A DNA stretch of 63,995 nucleotides, filler included, from Piedraia hortae CBS 480.64 (lineage: Eukaryota), in NCBI GenBank assembly GCA_010093745.1. It is 14 parts of 13 records of this genome, joined end to end, with 100 filler letters (N's around TTAATTAATTAA, not from the genome) between each part and the next. Parts side by side here need not be neighbours in the genome. Positions count along the whole stretch, not along the records: positions 1 to 18,746 come from MU005963.1; 13 more parts are not named here. One strand, 5' to 3'. A model generated the notes under the pieces. It saw only the letters and a program-made list of their open reading frames with translations, was not told the DNA's origin and ran no database searches. Positions 1-12,884 of this stretch are shown one piece after another; positions within the stretch are counted from its first letter, which is position 1, and every line of letters starts with the position of its first letter. Both the position numbers and the translations under genes were made by a program.

Positions 1-34
1 AATAATGCGCGTAATATACCGCATATTCACAACA
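1..34 (-). repeat. Partial Copia LTR (5' end of the 124-bp LTR)
   Basis: Identical to the last 34 nt of the full copies at 19074-19197 and 39753-39876 (...CATATTCACAACA). Confidence 0.93.
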
Positions 35-949
35 GAAAGCTTTCCGTGTTTTTGGGCTGCAGCCGCCCGTACCTGCATGCAGGTGAGGGGAAGATTTCAC
101 ATTTGAGACAAATACACTATCTTGCGCGGGACTCGCAAGTTGGAGGGAGTATCGCAAAACGCTGTAAGCGGTCATTGTTCGCGCACAATGACCTTCCAGC
201 GATAAAGTGCTCAAAGTCTACTTGGATTCAACGGGGGGAAGATGGAATTGTGGCTCTCAACAGGGGAGTGTGCGTCTACAAACACTGTAGACGAGTGACC
301 TAGTCAATCATTCCCGCCTGAAATATTACCTTGAGTGGCCCTATTGTGACTCAAGAGCGCGATGAGTGTCATCTCGTTTGGTGACCAAGCTGACAACATC
401 CTTTGCGGAGGAGACTCTACTTGTGGAGTATGACGAGATACTAACGCCCTACACCCATCTCTTACCCAATCCTAGACGGCAAGCCCACCCACGAATCAGT
501 GGCTGGCTCTGAAGCAAGATGAAAACTCAAAGGAATATGCTTCAAAATAGACATGTGAGCTGACTCGGTGCATCCAGGCTAGCATGGCTGGCATCACACG
601 TGAAATCCAATGAGAGCACCATCCATTTACATTCAGCGATATTTGAGGATTCCTGGTACACTTGCACCGGATATCTACAGGGTCTCGATGATTCGGAGGA
701 TCAATTGCCACTGAACAGACTAGGAAGCTGTCTATCCGGCGGCCCAGTCCATATCGTGGAGGTTGCCTGACGAAGCTAAGTCCTTCAGAGGCTTCTATCT
801 TATCCAGGGGCATGCAAACAGACAACGTCATCCGCTAAGAGTTCCACGTAAACAAAGGCAAAAGGCGAATCAGATTTAGGATCTGCAAAGCACTTGGTCT
901 CGTCAAAGAGCAGTTGCATACTCGTACGTTTGGCGACTACAATATTACA

Positions 950-2337
950 CTACTCTTCCTCGTCACACTTCAACAATTCACACCACATCCCCGGCAATTC
1001 ATAAGGGCATTTAAGCAGCGTGTCGATCGTTTTGGTCCTATCCCATCTGGGCAAGGGGGCCACCCTTGACAGGATATTCCACATCGCGTGCGCGGCAGAC
1101 ACACGGGCCTTGCGAACTTTTTTGGCATTTTTACCAGATTTACCTCTTCCCGAGGCGGAAGTCGGTCCTGCAACAGAGCGCTGAAGCTTCCGAGGTGCAC
1201 GGTCGGGATCCTGAACCCCGTCGTTCGAAAGGACCAACCCCAGAGGGGCCTTGGCCAAGACCTGCAACACATTATTCTTCTCCACAAGTAGGCGGACTTG
1301 CTCATGCGAGCAGCGAATAGACAACAACTCAATCAAACGGACCGCATGGAGCATGACAGCGGGCTCGGAGTGGAGTAGCAACCTGACAATAGACCCGGGA
1401 TAGTGGTCTTACATACGAGAGCAAGCCTATGATCCGTACGGCAGAAGTCATTAGTGGCCACGCACGCATCATACAAGAAGTCCGCATTATCGTAGCGCAG
1501 GATTTCGGCGAGCAGCGGCACACTAAAGTGCAGCTCTTCCACTTGGACATAGCGGCATTCAAGAAAGGATCTGATCGAAGAAGCGGTGCCTATGCGGATC
1601 AGATCCCTGGCAGATGCGATTTGCAGGCCTGCATCACGCAGAGCGACATTCCAGACAACATGCACGATGCCAGAGTCCAGGATCCTTTCCATGTATTTGC
1701 GGCTCGATATGGCCAGGTATTTCAGGAGTACAATCATACCCGCAAGCCCAGGCACGAATGAGTCATTGTATACTTTCAGTTGGCGCAAGCGACGCAAAAT
1801 ATTGGCCGCAAAAAACTCGTCCGCCAGAGCGGGCGTGTTGATAATGAGAATGGTGAAGATGGCAAGCAATTGCGTCTCCAGATACAAATGCGTCTCCGTA
1901 TCAGTGTCAGAGATCTTGGACAGCTGATTGAACAATTGAGTGATGGCACTGGAGGTGAGACGGGTTTCAATCACCCCATTAACCGTTGTGCGACACTTAT
2001 TATAAGTGAGCACACCGTGCATGGCGGTGAGGACGCTTTGTACCTGCTCAGCATGCTGAACTTGATCACCTTTTCCAGGTTGCGCTCCATAGCCCTCCGA
2101 TGCATCGTGATCCTCTTGCTCGGAATATTGGTCCTCATCAGCAAAGCTATCATGGTCGGACAAGTCATCCTCCCCATAGTCGGCATTGTCTTCGAATTCG
2201 TCGTCCTCATGTCGTGCAAAGAAGCCTCTACGTGGAGGCATATATTCAGCAAACAGCGGCTGCTTAGGTTGGCGCAACGACATTTGGTAATCCAGATGTT
2301 GGAACACGAATGGTAACATACGGTCTTGACTTTCCAT
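950..2337 (-). pseudogene. ARM/HEAT-like helical repeat protein with acidic N-terminus, one frameshift near 1390
   Basis: ORF 1333..2493 (first ATG about 2337, MESQDR) continues into ORF 950..1381 in another frame. Acidic tract followed by amphipathic helical repeats. No usable intron found at the junction. Confidence 0.5.
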
Positions 2338-3058
2338 TGTGCGTGACGAATGGATCTGTAGGCTTGTCACACACGGTGGCTTCAGTAAGTAGGTAGCACT
2401 TGACAACCGTCTGTGGCCCCGCTTGCCCAATGGAACGCGGAAAGCCCCCGCCGTTTTCGCCCCACAAGAAATATCTATTGACGCGGACGACAAATATATT
2501 TAGGTAGTGTTACTGCCCCCTCATCCTATGTTGAGCACATTTGCACGACAATGTGTGAAAATGCAACCGCTTATCGAGACTGATGGCGCTCCGGGTGTTG
2601 AGCATTCGCTCCTCTCATTCTGATGTCATCTCCGCATTATTACAAATATTTATCAACTCTCGTTCTTTAGCTAGCTGTATGCAGCTGCTTTCGAAACCAC
2701 AAGCTGGCGATGTTCATGTTCAACCAGCGTAGTCGCGCCCGGCAACAGCTGGCTTAAGCGCGGTATTTGAGCTGCCCTGGTGGCAGCGTGATACTCAGCA
2801 TGGAGACCTTACAGTATTATCGCTACTCCAATTAGTATATGTAATAAGTTTACACACACGCCTACCGCCTGCGATCTCTACAGCGCCGCCTCGAAGCGTT
2901 CATTCGTCGCATGACGTTTGGCGATCGCGCCAAGAAACGGAAATAATTCCGCTGCCACCGCACCTCTTGCGCTGAAAAAATTCCCCACGCACTCGACACT
3001 GCACTACGCACAGCGAACCTATCCCACCTACACAGCCGACGAAACAGACAAAAACATC

Positions 3059-3678
3059 ATGGGAGGAGGTGTCTGCGTCCGTGACGTTCCGGCGGATAAG
3101 TTCATCGAGGCCTACGCTGCGTTTCTCAAGCGCCAGGGCAAGCTTCCGATTCCAGGTCCGTAGATCAGCATTCGTACCGCACACCCATGTCAAGAGGTGG
3201 AGTCGTGGAAAGAGGAGGAGAAAACCTGAATCCCGTGCAGAACGGGGGGCTGACAGTGTATTGCCTACAGGTTGGACGGACACCGTCAAAACGAGCCACT
3301 CAAAGGAACTGCCTCCGCAAAGCATTGACTGGTGAGCCTCCTCTGACTGGTCAGAAGGCTGAGAGACTGACAATTTTCAGGTTTTACGTTCGTGCCGCGT
3401 CTGTCGCCCGTCATGTCTACATGCGCAAGACCGTCGGCGTTGGCCGTCTGCGCAAGGTCCACGGCTCCACGAAGAACCGCGGCTCACGTCCATCGCACCA
3501 CGTCGATGCCTCTGGTGCTGTTGACCGCAAGGTCATGCAGGCCCTCGAGAAGATTGGCGTTCTAGAGCAGGATGAAGAGAAGGGTGGCCGTCGCATCACG
3601 CAATCCGGTCAGCGCGATCTGGACCGTATTGCTCAGACCACCGTCGAAGAGGAAGATGAGGACGAGGAAGAGGAGTAG
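3059..3678 (+). CDS. RPS19: 40S ribosomal protein S19 (eS19); exons 3059-3155, 3271-3331, 3381-3678
   Basis: MGGGVCVRDVPADKFIEAYAAFLKRQGKLPIPGW...KELPPQSIDWFYVRAASVARHVYMRK...GGRRITQSGQRDLDRIA. Two GT..AG introns with CTGAC branch points. Confidence 0.97.
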
Positions 3679-3764
3679 ATAGCTTCGCTCTTGAAACCGT
3701 TTTCCGTCATGCTACCTGAGTCTCACACAAACGCCTTTCGCTATGCGGCTTTCGCTATGCAAAT

Positions 3765-5531
3765 CTACGAGAAGAGTTTCTTTTCGTGCCCCAGCATGCC
3801 TTGGACGTTGCCCTCGGCCTGGGCGCTGACGGTTCTATATTCAAAACGAACTTCGCCGCTGTTGACGCCGCGTTGCAGCTCCTGCACGCTCTGCACGCCA
3901 ATGTCCTGCAGAGAATGCTGCATGGCGGCCATCAGGTACGGAATGAACTTGGTGATGGAGCCGCGGTCAAGCACAGGGCCTGCAACGCCTTGAGCGACAA
4001 GGACCTTATCCGTTTCGGAGAAGTAGCGTGCAGTGCCAGCGTTGGCCGTCGAACTCTTTCCAGCCTTTTTGTCCTGCATGGCATCAATGGAACCCATGCC
4101 ACGATAGATCTTGCCCCTTTGGCCATCGGGCCGAACAATGTATGCACCCGGCGACTCTGTCGTGGCCGCCAGTAACCCGCCCATCATGACGGTGCTGGCA
4201 CCCAGACAAAGCGCCTTTACAATATGGCCAACGTTCTGGATTCCGCCATCGGCAATGCAAGGGACGCCAAAACGAGCTGCAAACTCACACACACGGTAGA
4301 CGGCTGTCGCCTGCGGCCGGCCTACCGCCATGATTTCCTGAGTGATGCACGCCGAGCCGGCCCCCATCCCGATGCGTAGGCCGTCAACGCCAGCATCAAT
4401 GAGGTTGGCCGCTTGTTCGCGCGTAACGACGTTACCGCCGATGACTTCAAGGTTGGGGAACGACTTCTTGATCCATTTAATCATCTCAATCTGGTACATT
4501 GAGCTTCCCTGTGAGGAGTCAAGGATTACAACGTCCAGTCCCGCATCTACTAGCAGCTGCAGCCGCTCCTTATCCTCCTCGCGGGTCCCAATGGCCGCAG
4601 CAGAAAGGAGCTGCTTCGTGCCGGGGACTTTGGTAGCAAGAGGGTAGTTGTGGTTCTTCATCAAATCGCTGCGCGAGAGGAGCGAGACCAGGTTGCCTTG
4701 TTCATCTACAATGGGCAACTTACCCTTTTTGCTCAGCCTCAGGATTTCGTTGGCCTCTTGCAGACTAACGCCCTCCTTGGCAGAAACGAGGTCAATGCTC
4801 ATGACATCGGTTATGGGAGAGTCGGGATTGGAATGAAACTGGGTGTCGCGGTCGGTGATAATGCCCAATAGCTTAGAGCGGAGGGTGCCGTTTTCTAAAT
4901 GCTGTCAGCGTATTCCCTTGAAAAGCAATTCGCGCAAAAGTTGCCAGTCAGATGTTTAAGATTCTCACCAGTGCTGTCATCTTGCTGGATGGGCGCGTGC
5001 GGTAGAACGAAAGTTGTAAAAGTGCATCATTTGAGGGGAAAAAGTAGGACTCGACTTACCCGTGACAGGAAATCCGCCAAACCCCCATTTCTCTTTCAGC
5101 GCGCGTACCTCGGCCACGGTGGTTTTGGGCGAGATGACTACAGGGTCAACAATAAACCCGTTCTCGAACCTTTTGACTTTGCGGACCATCTCGGCCTGCT
5201 CTTCTGCAGTGCAGTTGTGGTGTATGACACCCACGCCGCCTAGCAGCGCCATGTGGATGGCCATGTTTTCCTCCGTCACCGTGTCCATTGGGCTGCTGGT
5301 GAAGGGCGTCTTGAGCACGATGCGCTTGGTGAGGTGAGAGGAGAGGTCGACTTGACTAGATGGGAAGCCGATGTAGCCGGGAAGGAGGAGGAAGTCGTTG
5401 TATGTTAAACCGCCCATCTTGGTCTCATCCATCAATTCTTGCACGCCAATGCCATCCTTGCGGCAGTATTGGCTCTTCAACACTTCCGTCGCCGATGGCT
5501 GCTTATTGCCGTTGGTCATAGAGGTATTCAT
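3765..5531 (-). CDS. IMD: Inosine-5'-monophosphate dehydrogenase with CBS subdomain; intron 4895-5059
   Basis: [28 protein letters not shown], catalytic [22 protein letters not shown]. Splicing restores the conserved FPVTENG. Confidence 0.97.
4944..5034 (-). ncRNA. snR54: Intronic box C/D snoRNA, snR54-like (guide for 18S rRNA 2'-O-methylation, yeast Am974)
   Basis: Inside the IMPDH intron: box C ATGATGC (5030-5024), guide AACTTTCGTTCT (5015-5004) complementary to 18S AGAACGAAAGTT, box D CTGA (4951-4948). Yeast snR54 is hosted in the IMD4 intron. Confidence 0.85.
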
Positions 5532-5770
5532 GGCGCTTAGGAATAAGGCGACTGTCGGAAAATTCCACGCGACGCAGAGAAAAAGTAGTGGGTTGGGTGA
5601 CGTTACCGCCAAGAAGCAGCGAAAGGCTCGGGCCGCGATCGGCATCAGGGTTAGGATACCAACACATCAACTCAAGTCACTTCACTCCGAGTCAAAGTTG
5701 ACGCAGCACCACCATAGCGGCTACATACATATCGACAACATATTCTATCCAAATTAGATGCAAGCTCTTC

Positions 5771-7495
5771 TCAAACTTCCCCGTGTGGGGTTATACCCTT
5801 CTCTCCAGTCGCGGAGATGACGCTCTGGCGTCTCCTGTGCTCCTCGGTGTCGAGATAGGATATCTTGAGCTTGCCGTCATTGTCGTACCTCCTTGGCGTG
5901 ACGCTCGGCCTTGCCTGATGTACAACATCGAACCAGCCATGAGATTTGTGGAAGATCTCATCCATTTCCTCCAAAGAACGGTAGGCGGTCTCTGGGTAGA
6001 AAAAGTATACAGCAGGGACGATAAACGCGTTGATGACAGCGAAGATGATATATGTTCGGTATTTGATATTGGCAAAGGCGATTGGAGTGATCATGACCAC
6101 CATGAAGTTGCTTTTGAATTCACATGTCAGTTGCAATCTAGTCTAGGGGATAGGGGGGCCTACAAGATCCAGTTTGCCGAGGTTGATAGTGCGGCCGACG
6201 GGGCTCGAATGCGAAGTGGCACGATCTCAGCAGGATACAACCACGTCATTCCTAGCCATCCAATAGCGAAAAATGTGTTGAAGACGAAGAGGAATGTTGC
6301 GGCAACGATTCCAGCTTTCGTATTACCAATGAGGGATGTTGTTCCAGCCAAAATGGCCATGGAGGCAGCCTGTCCTGCAGCGCCGAATATCATCAGTTGT
6401 CTCCTACCAAATCGCTCAATGGTGAAGACTGCAATCCAAGATGCGAGAAAGTATTCCGTTCCGTTGCATGCGGCCAAGAGACGGGACATGAAACCGCTGA
6501 GGCCGATGCTTTGCTCGTATATCGTGGCGGCATAGTAGGCTGCGATTGTTAGCAGAAGTCTAACAAAGACGAGGGACCAATACTAATGAGATTGATTCCG
6601 CTGATTTGTTGGAATGCTTGATTCACATAACCCAAGACGGCTCGATGAAAGTTGCGATCCCTGTCCATGGTGAAAAGATCCTTGAAGCCACCCTGCGATG
6701 TTTCAATGACCGACTCTTTGATCGCAAGGAATTCACTCTGGATATATTCATCTTCAGGTGGCAGATTGCTGAGGGCGGCTAGAACTTGGACAGCCTCATC
6801 CTCCCTACCTTTGAGAATAAGCCAACGCGGGCTCTCCGGAAGAGGGAGTATAAATATCAGGATGATTATAGCAAACACGATCTGGAAAGCAACGGGGAAT
6901 CTCCAGGACACGCTACCCTTGGCAAACGAAAAGCCGAGATCGATCCAATACGAGATCATGATGCCGCAGGTGATCATAGCACCTTCAATCATGACCATCT
7001 GACCGCGACGATGGCTCTTGCTCGTTTCCGACTGCCAGGCGGGGACGGTGGACGTGTTCAGTCCATTGCCAAACCCGGTTATCAGACGGCCTGCAATGAG
7101 TTGACCCAGACTGAATGAGGAGGCTTGGATGGCGGCCCCGATGATCATGATGGAAGAACCAGTGAAAATGGTCCACCGGCGGCCCAATTTGTCGCCCAGC
7201 CAGATACAGGCAATAGCGCCGGTGAAGCAGCCGAGATTGTAAGATCCGATTGAGATTCCCTGTTTCGTTGCGCTTGCAGATGTTCCAGTTGCACCACGCG
7301 TATCGATTTCTGGGAAAACGGCCACAAACGAATCCAACGTTAGCAAACCCCCCATTACGCCTTGATCGAAGCCGAAAAGGAGCCTTATAGGAGTCAGAGG
7401 AAAGAATCTGAAATGAAAAACAAAACGCACATGTCAATTGAGCCAATAACGCCAACGGCGATATTCAGCGCCGTTCCCTTCAATCCATAAAACAT
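5771..7495 (-). CDS. MFS sugar porter (STL1-like), three short introns
   Basis: LFGFDQGVMGG, DKLGRR, PESPRWL, QQISGINL, ERFGRR, WLYPAEI, PET motifs across ORFs 6549..7430, 6160..6489 and 5771..6136. ATG at 7495 (MFYGLKG). Confidence 0.92.
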
Positions 7496-8104
7496 CTTGC
7501 CGGTTATTTTCTGTCGAGGTTCGGATGGCTTGAAGGGCGCGTTATAAAATCCGGGGGACGCGTGCGGGGAAGCGGTACCGTTCCGCACTTGACCCCGCCA
7601 CCCTTTAGCAAGGGGCCGTTATGTATCAAGTTGAACAGATGAAAAACTTGTCGTAGTGTACTAAACTTTAAGCGAGGAATACTGCGTTCTCTTAAATAAT
7701 TTGGGCAGATGTGAACCTACTAGGCGGTGGATCATGGCGCAATGTCATGAATGCATGCTCAAATCGGGATACGTTTCTTCGTCCTGAAATGGGTAAAAGA
7801 GCTTTGGTATCATCCTTGGGCGATCCTCGTTTATGTATCAATCTTTTACTGGAGAGGTAGCAGCATCCAAGTACACGCTTTAACCCACAGCATCTCCCGC
7901 CGATACCTAATGGCAATTCGGCTTCAATGGCAGAGCAGGGCATCTTTGCGCGATATTGTAGCACACTGCAGCTGCAGGGTGTGTGTTTTACATAGGATAT
8001 TGCTCGACTTGGGCGTGTGGAGTTTAAGCGCCTTATTGATGCCCCTAGCTGCACTTTATGCCAAAATGAGCTGTATACACAAAATTAGCAAGGGTTTTTA
8101 CTGA

Positions 8105-8600
8105 AGTCCACGATCCAAACTTACGCTTGCGATATTTGGCTAGGAAGAAAGCTAGCAACTTTGACGAATGTCAGACAAGGGGAAAAGCGGGCAAATCCGA
8201 CCGGGTGACAATTCGTGTGTCGGGATCATCGGAAGCTTGCGCAAGTCGGCAGTTTCCGTGAGCACGCATAATCTGAGCTTTCGACATTGCTTCCCCAGCT
8301 CCACCATCCACTTGATGCGTATGTTAGACAAATCCACTCCCAGGCGCAAGTCTTTGAGTTCGGTCCAATTGGCAAATATTCTGCACAAGTCTTCTTCGTA
8401 AAAATCGGTCCTCGCATGTGCAGCCTAAGCGGAACAGCCAACATGAAAGACCTTCAGCTTTTCCAATTCCTCCAGTTCCTTGACGTCTTCTCGACTTACC
8501 ACCAATCCTGCGTGTAATATCACTTGCAGATATTCCAGCCTCGTTATCGAACCAAGGATGCGAAGAAATAAGTCTGAGGCGCTGTTCGTGTTGGGTTACT
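8105..8600 (-). pseudogene. Degenerate LRR (F-box/RNI-like) gene fragment
   Basis: Interrupted frames such as IFANWTELKDLRLGVDLSNIRIKWMVELGKQCRKLR, resembling the fragments at 11267-11617 (VEELGKRCRRLE). Confidence 0.45.
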
Positions 8601-9083
8601 GATTTATGCGGGAGGCGTCTATTGAATCCTGGGAAATGAAAAACGTTGGTCAACAGAATACGTGTATGTATGACTACAAAGAAATGTGCCCTCATGCCAA
8701 GGCGCTAACCGCGCACCACTGGCCAGGCATGTGCGTCACGTGCGACGGAACTCCATCACTGGTCTCAAGGCCTCTCGCTGGCACGCAATGTTTTGCACAG
8801 TCAATCCCTGTATCTCGCAATCATGCGACCCCAAACAACACGCTGCCAAATTTAAGTTTGAATTAGATGGTATGTGCGAGTGAGAACGATGGATGGAGAG
8901 TAGAGGTGTGTGTACAAGTGAATATAAGTGTATCTATGAGGGGACATCAGAGATTATATTCTGGGCCGGTAGGCCAGTGCGAAGCCTTGTATGAAGAGTC
9001 ATCAATCGTATGACCGTAAGCAAGTTGTCATACATGCAGTAAGACCGTCAGCATGCAGTCTAACTCCATGACTCACCTCAAGC

Positions 9084-9184
9084 AGTAGCAGGGCGCATTC
9101 ACCATGTCGCATGCAACATGACCCTGAGGAAAACCTCTGTCAGGACAGGACCCATGGTGCAGCTGCTGGTGTAAGAGGTGTCGC
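9084..9184. repeat. Dispersed repeat of about 100 bp, second copy at 58492-58593
   Basis: Shared core ATTCACCATGTCRCAT...ACATGACCCTGAGGRAAACCTCTGT...GGTGC.GCTG.T.GTGTA.GAGGT.TCGC. Confidence 0.7.
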
Positions 9185-11039
9185 GCAGTGGCATCATACG
9201 CTAATAGCAACGAGACTTCATGCCAACAAAGTTCAAGGCAAAGAAGGCTCTACTCCTTAGAACTTAACCTACAGCGTTCCTACTCAGGCTTGTGTGAATT
9301 TCTACGGAGTTCGGAAAACTTGTCATACAGTTTCCTGGCATAGGAGGATAGCTACAATTTCACATACGCCAATATACAATATCAGCCCTCTTCTTTCTCA
9401 TGCTCCTACGGTGGCATGTTCTTGATGAAGCAGGATCAATGGTGGAATGTAGTGTGGTATGCGAAGTGTGGCAGATGCGTTTGCGTGTGCGTTTGTCTGC
9501 TGAAAGCTAGCATTGAGTACATGCCCAGGGAGCCCATTCTGAATCGTAACGTCTTGCTAAAGATACGCGCTCGCATTACCTCACCGGCAAGGAAGACTCC
9601 ACTGTAAATTAGAAAAGACTGTAAGGCCCTGGACACCAGCTACTTGTCAGTGAACCAACCAATCTTTCACCGAGATCCTCATGCTATCATACATACCCGC
9701 GAGTTAGTCTTTTTGAGAGTTCAGCAGAGTCGACAAGCGATTGGCAGTTGGATTCCTTCTCACAAATCACTCCTCTCACGCCTACCGCTTTCTTGTCTCA
9801 AGAGATTGGATTGACACTCTATCAGTGCAAGTGATAGGTCACTATTAAAAGATTCCCGATGGTTGCGATTCGAGTCATGGCATTGGATCAAGATTCAGGG
9901 CCTTGTCCGTAACGTCCATATTGTCACCTGAAGAAGATAGACATCCTCGACAAACCGAAGGGGAAAGATAACTGAAGTGGACTGGTGAATATCCGCAACA
10001 CAGTAGTCCCGAAACAAAGGACAAAGCTATCATATGCCCTCACATCTACAATCGCAAAATTAGCTTAAAAACACGTGTAAGCCATTAAAATCAAACTCAA
10101 AGACAATATCTGACAAAAAAGAACTCAACGGCCGTTAGCTCAATCTCTCATACGTCCAGCAACCCACCGATCCCTTCTATCATGCCATCCCAAGCAACTT
10201 TCCCCCACAGTCGTTTCAATCAACCCCCTCTCCCAAAAAACAGGATCGCACCCCCTCACCCCCCTCACTCCCGAGCATGGAACCCACAACCCCTACTAAA
10301 CCCCATTGCCAACATACCTCCTAGTAATCCCACCTACCTCTCGGATAAACCCCAAACACAAAGATACAGCGTGCCACCCGTATTCAAACTCCCCACCAAC
10401 CTGCCTGCACAGACTTTTCATCGAGTGCAACACGCCCAGTAATAACTCCAGATATTCAACACGTAGCTATATCCAAGCTTCTTAGACTTTGTGCAAAACC
10501 GATCTGAGCCTGCTCCGCGCGGGTTTGGTCGTTTTTTGGCGTGATGAGGGTGTAGGATCATACAGGGAAGGAGCTTCCACGGATTCTATGCGCTTTGATG
10601 TTTGGATAGAACAACGGTATGATTTGCATGTGTGTTTTACAGGAAGGGTTGGCGATTTGTTGATGGATTTTGAATGTTTTTGAGCTGTGGAACGGATTTA
10701 GCGTCCTGAATTGGTTACATGTTTATGGGTTTACTGGTCTGACTAGTTGTCGATCAGGGGGAAGGACAAATAAGCTGAAGCTTATAGTAGGAATGTCGGG
10801 ACATGATACTCCTTCGTGATGACTGTGCACTGACAGGAAGTGAGGATAGTCAAACCCGATGGTTCATTAATCTATCAATGATCAGTCGAACTGACGGAGT
10901 CGCTTTACTTAACCTTACGCAATAGTGTTTGTACCTATTATTGCTCACACGCAGCAGGGCCTTTGAACACAGTGGACATTAATATTTTGATAGAAGCAAG
11001 TTGAATCCGCACCAATCGCCTCCGTAAAGGTCATGATAA

Positions 11040-12479
11040 ATCATCGCAACCCGTTTGCAAACCGCAGCCGTGACGAATGTAGGTTCAAAGTTGTAATTTC
11101 TTAATTTTGGCGTATGAAGAAGAAGGGCGCACACATGCCGGGCAGTGATTTTTTCGCTCTTTTCTGAAATAGACATCCATGTCAACAGAAGCGCAGGTTA
11201 TTTCTTCATGCTCAGACATGCTATAGGACTACTTCGAAAGGCGAAACGCTTCTGGCGTAAACCTCCTTAGATGGGGAAATAGCGAAATAGCGGGCGAGTC
11301 CCATCTAGAAAGAGCTCATGCTGATCGAAAGGTATGAGAAGGCTGCTTTCCAACCTGCGACAACGCTTACCCAGCTCTTCCACCGGCTTGATGCTCAAGC
11401 ATGCGTGGCTCAGCTCGAAATGAAAGACTTCCACGTCGCTGTAGGCCAAAAATAGGTCGTACATATCAACTTCCTCGAAGGAAGTGTCTGCTACAATCTC
11501 GAACTCGTTGACATCATAAAGGTGGAGCTCCTTCAAATTTTTCAGCTTCGCAAGGCTTTTCATATCTAAACGGCCGATTATCACTCCATCGTAGAACTCC
11601 ACGATTACAGACGTCAATCTCGTTACAGGGCCCTAGGGAGAAAGTGCCTTATCACATGGCTCATACAGGCCCATGTAAAGACTGGACAAGTTTTTAGCGA
11701 ATCGAAGAATGTATTCAAGGTTTTCAGAGATTGTATGAATGACCAGTCTCGTGAGATTCAGGCATGGGGACTTGATGCCATTGACGATTTTTGGCAGCGC
11801 TCCAGATTCGGGATATTCGCAGCTAAGAAGCCGGAGATTGATGTTTTAAGCCACAAACCGTGATAGGTCAAATGGCACGAGGTCGTCGGGGTGGATCAAT
11901 ATTAAATATACCAAGTAGGGAAGCTTGCGCAACACTCCAACAAAATCAGCCGTAGTCCAGGAGGAAAAAGTCCCAAATTTCCTGAAGGTTTTCACACCGG
12001 GACATATTTCCGGGATGTGAGACAGAAAGTTCTCTGTGTTGAGTGTTACTTCAGACGTCACGACCTTTAGCGTTGCTCGAGGATATTGGAAACAAGGGTA
12101 GGGCTGGAGGTTGCTAGTTCCCCTTTTCTTTTCCACCGTCAATTCTTTAAGTCTCGAAAATAACAAGTTCTTAGTGACATGGTGATCTTGGCCCAGGAAA
12201 ACTGTTATCTGTTGGACCATTTTGGAGTAATGCTGCCTTCGAACGTCTTGATTAGGGGTCCTTCCAAAGCACTTCCATGGCCACGTCGGCCCACTTCCTG
12301 CAGACCTGGACTGAATTTTAGAGAGTTTTTCTGTTCTAGTCTAGTGACTTAAATATCGCCCTAATTAGCTCTGTAGAAAGATGATTGAAATATCGGCCAT
12401 CTGCATCCTCTTTTTGCTCAACGTGCACGCGCTTGGGTCCTTTAGATTCTAAGCTGTCAGCGGCGCGCTTGAGATGCAT
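11040..12479 (-). pseudogene. F-box/LRR protein pseudogene
   Basis: F-box-like FNHLSTELIRAIFKSLD*...QVCRKWADVAMEVLW followed by LRR-like segments (LKNLKELHL, LPYLVYLIL) broken by stops and frameshifts. Confidence 0.65.
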
Positions 12480-12884
12480 CCTGGACATTTGATTATCTGA
12501 TTCGGATGCTAAGCAGTTCATTATGATTGGTGTTGTAATCGAAATAGTGTTGGGGAAAATCTACGCGCATTTCGTGGACGCCGCGGGTTCATCCAATGAC
12601 GAACTAGTGCTAGTTCAAACGTGGCTGAATGATGGAAGACAAAACTAACTGGGGAACGCGACAGGAGAATTTGTGTGTGAAACAAAAGTGCTGGGCACGC
12701 CCACTGCGCGACAGACTGTTGACGCCGGGCCGTCGGAACTGACATCACGCAGGATGGGGCGGCGGAAAAGTTTGTGCCGAATGTCAACTGTCCCTTCTTG
12801 GCAAATCTCAACTCCTCTCATCTGTAAACGATCCTCAAGTAGATAATACTGCACAGTTTAAGCAATGATCTGCCAGCAATGGCA

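Noticed and set aside
4969..4980. Possible 12-nt micro-exon (AG|ATGACAGCACTG|GTGAG) in the IMPDH intron
   Set aside because: It would insert four residues into the conserved FPVTENG motif and lies within the snoRNA, which explains the intron better.
3765..5531. IMPDH as a mycophenolate self-resistance gene
   Set aside because: No biosynthetic genes nearby; sits beside RPS19, hosts the conserved snoRNA and keeps YRGMGS.
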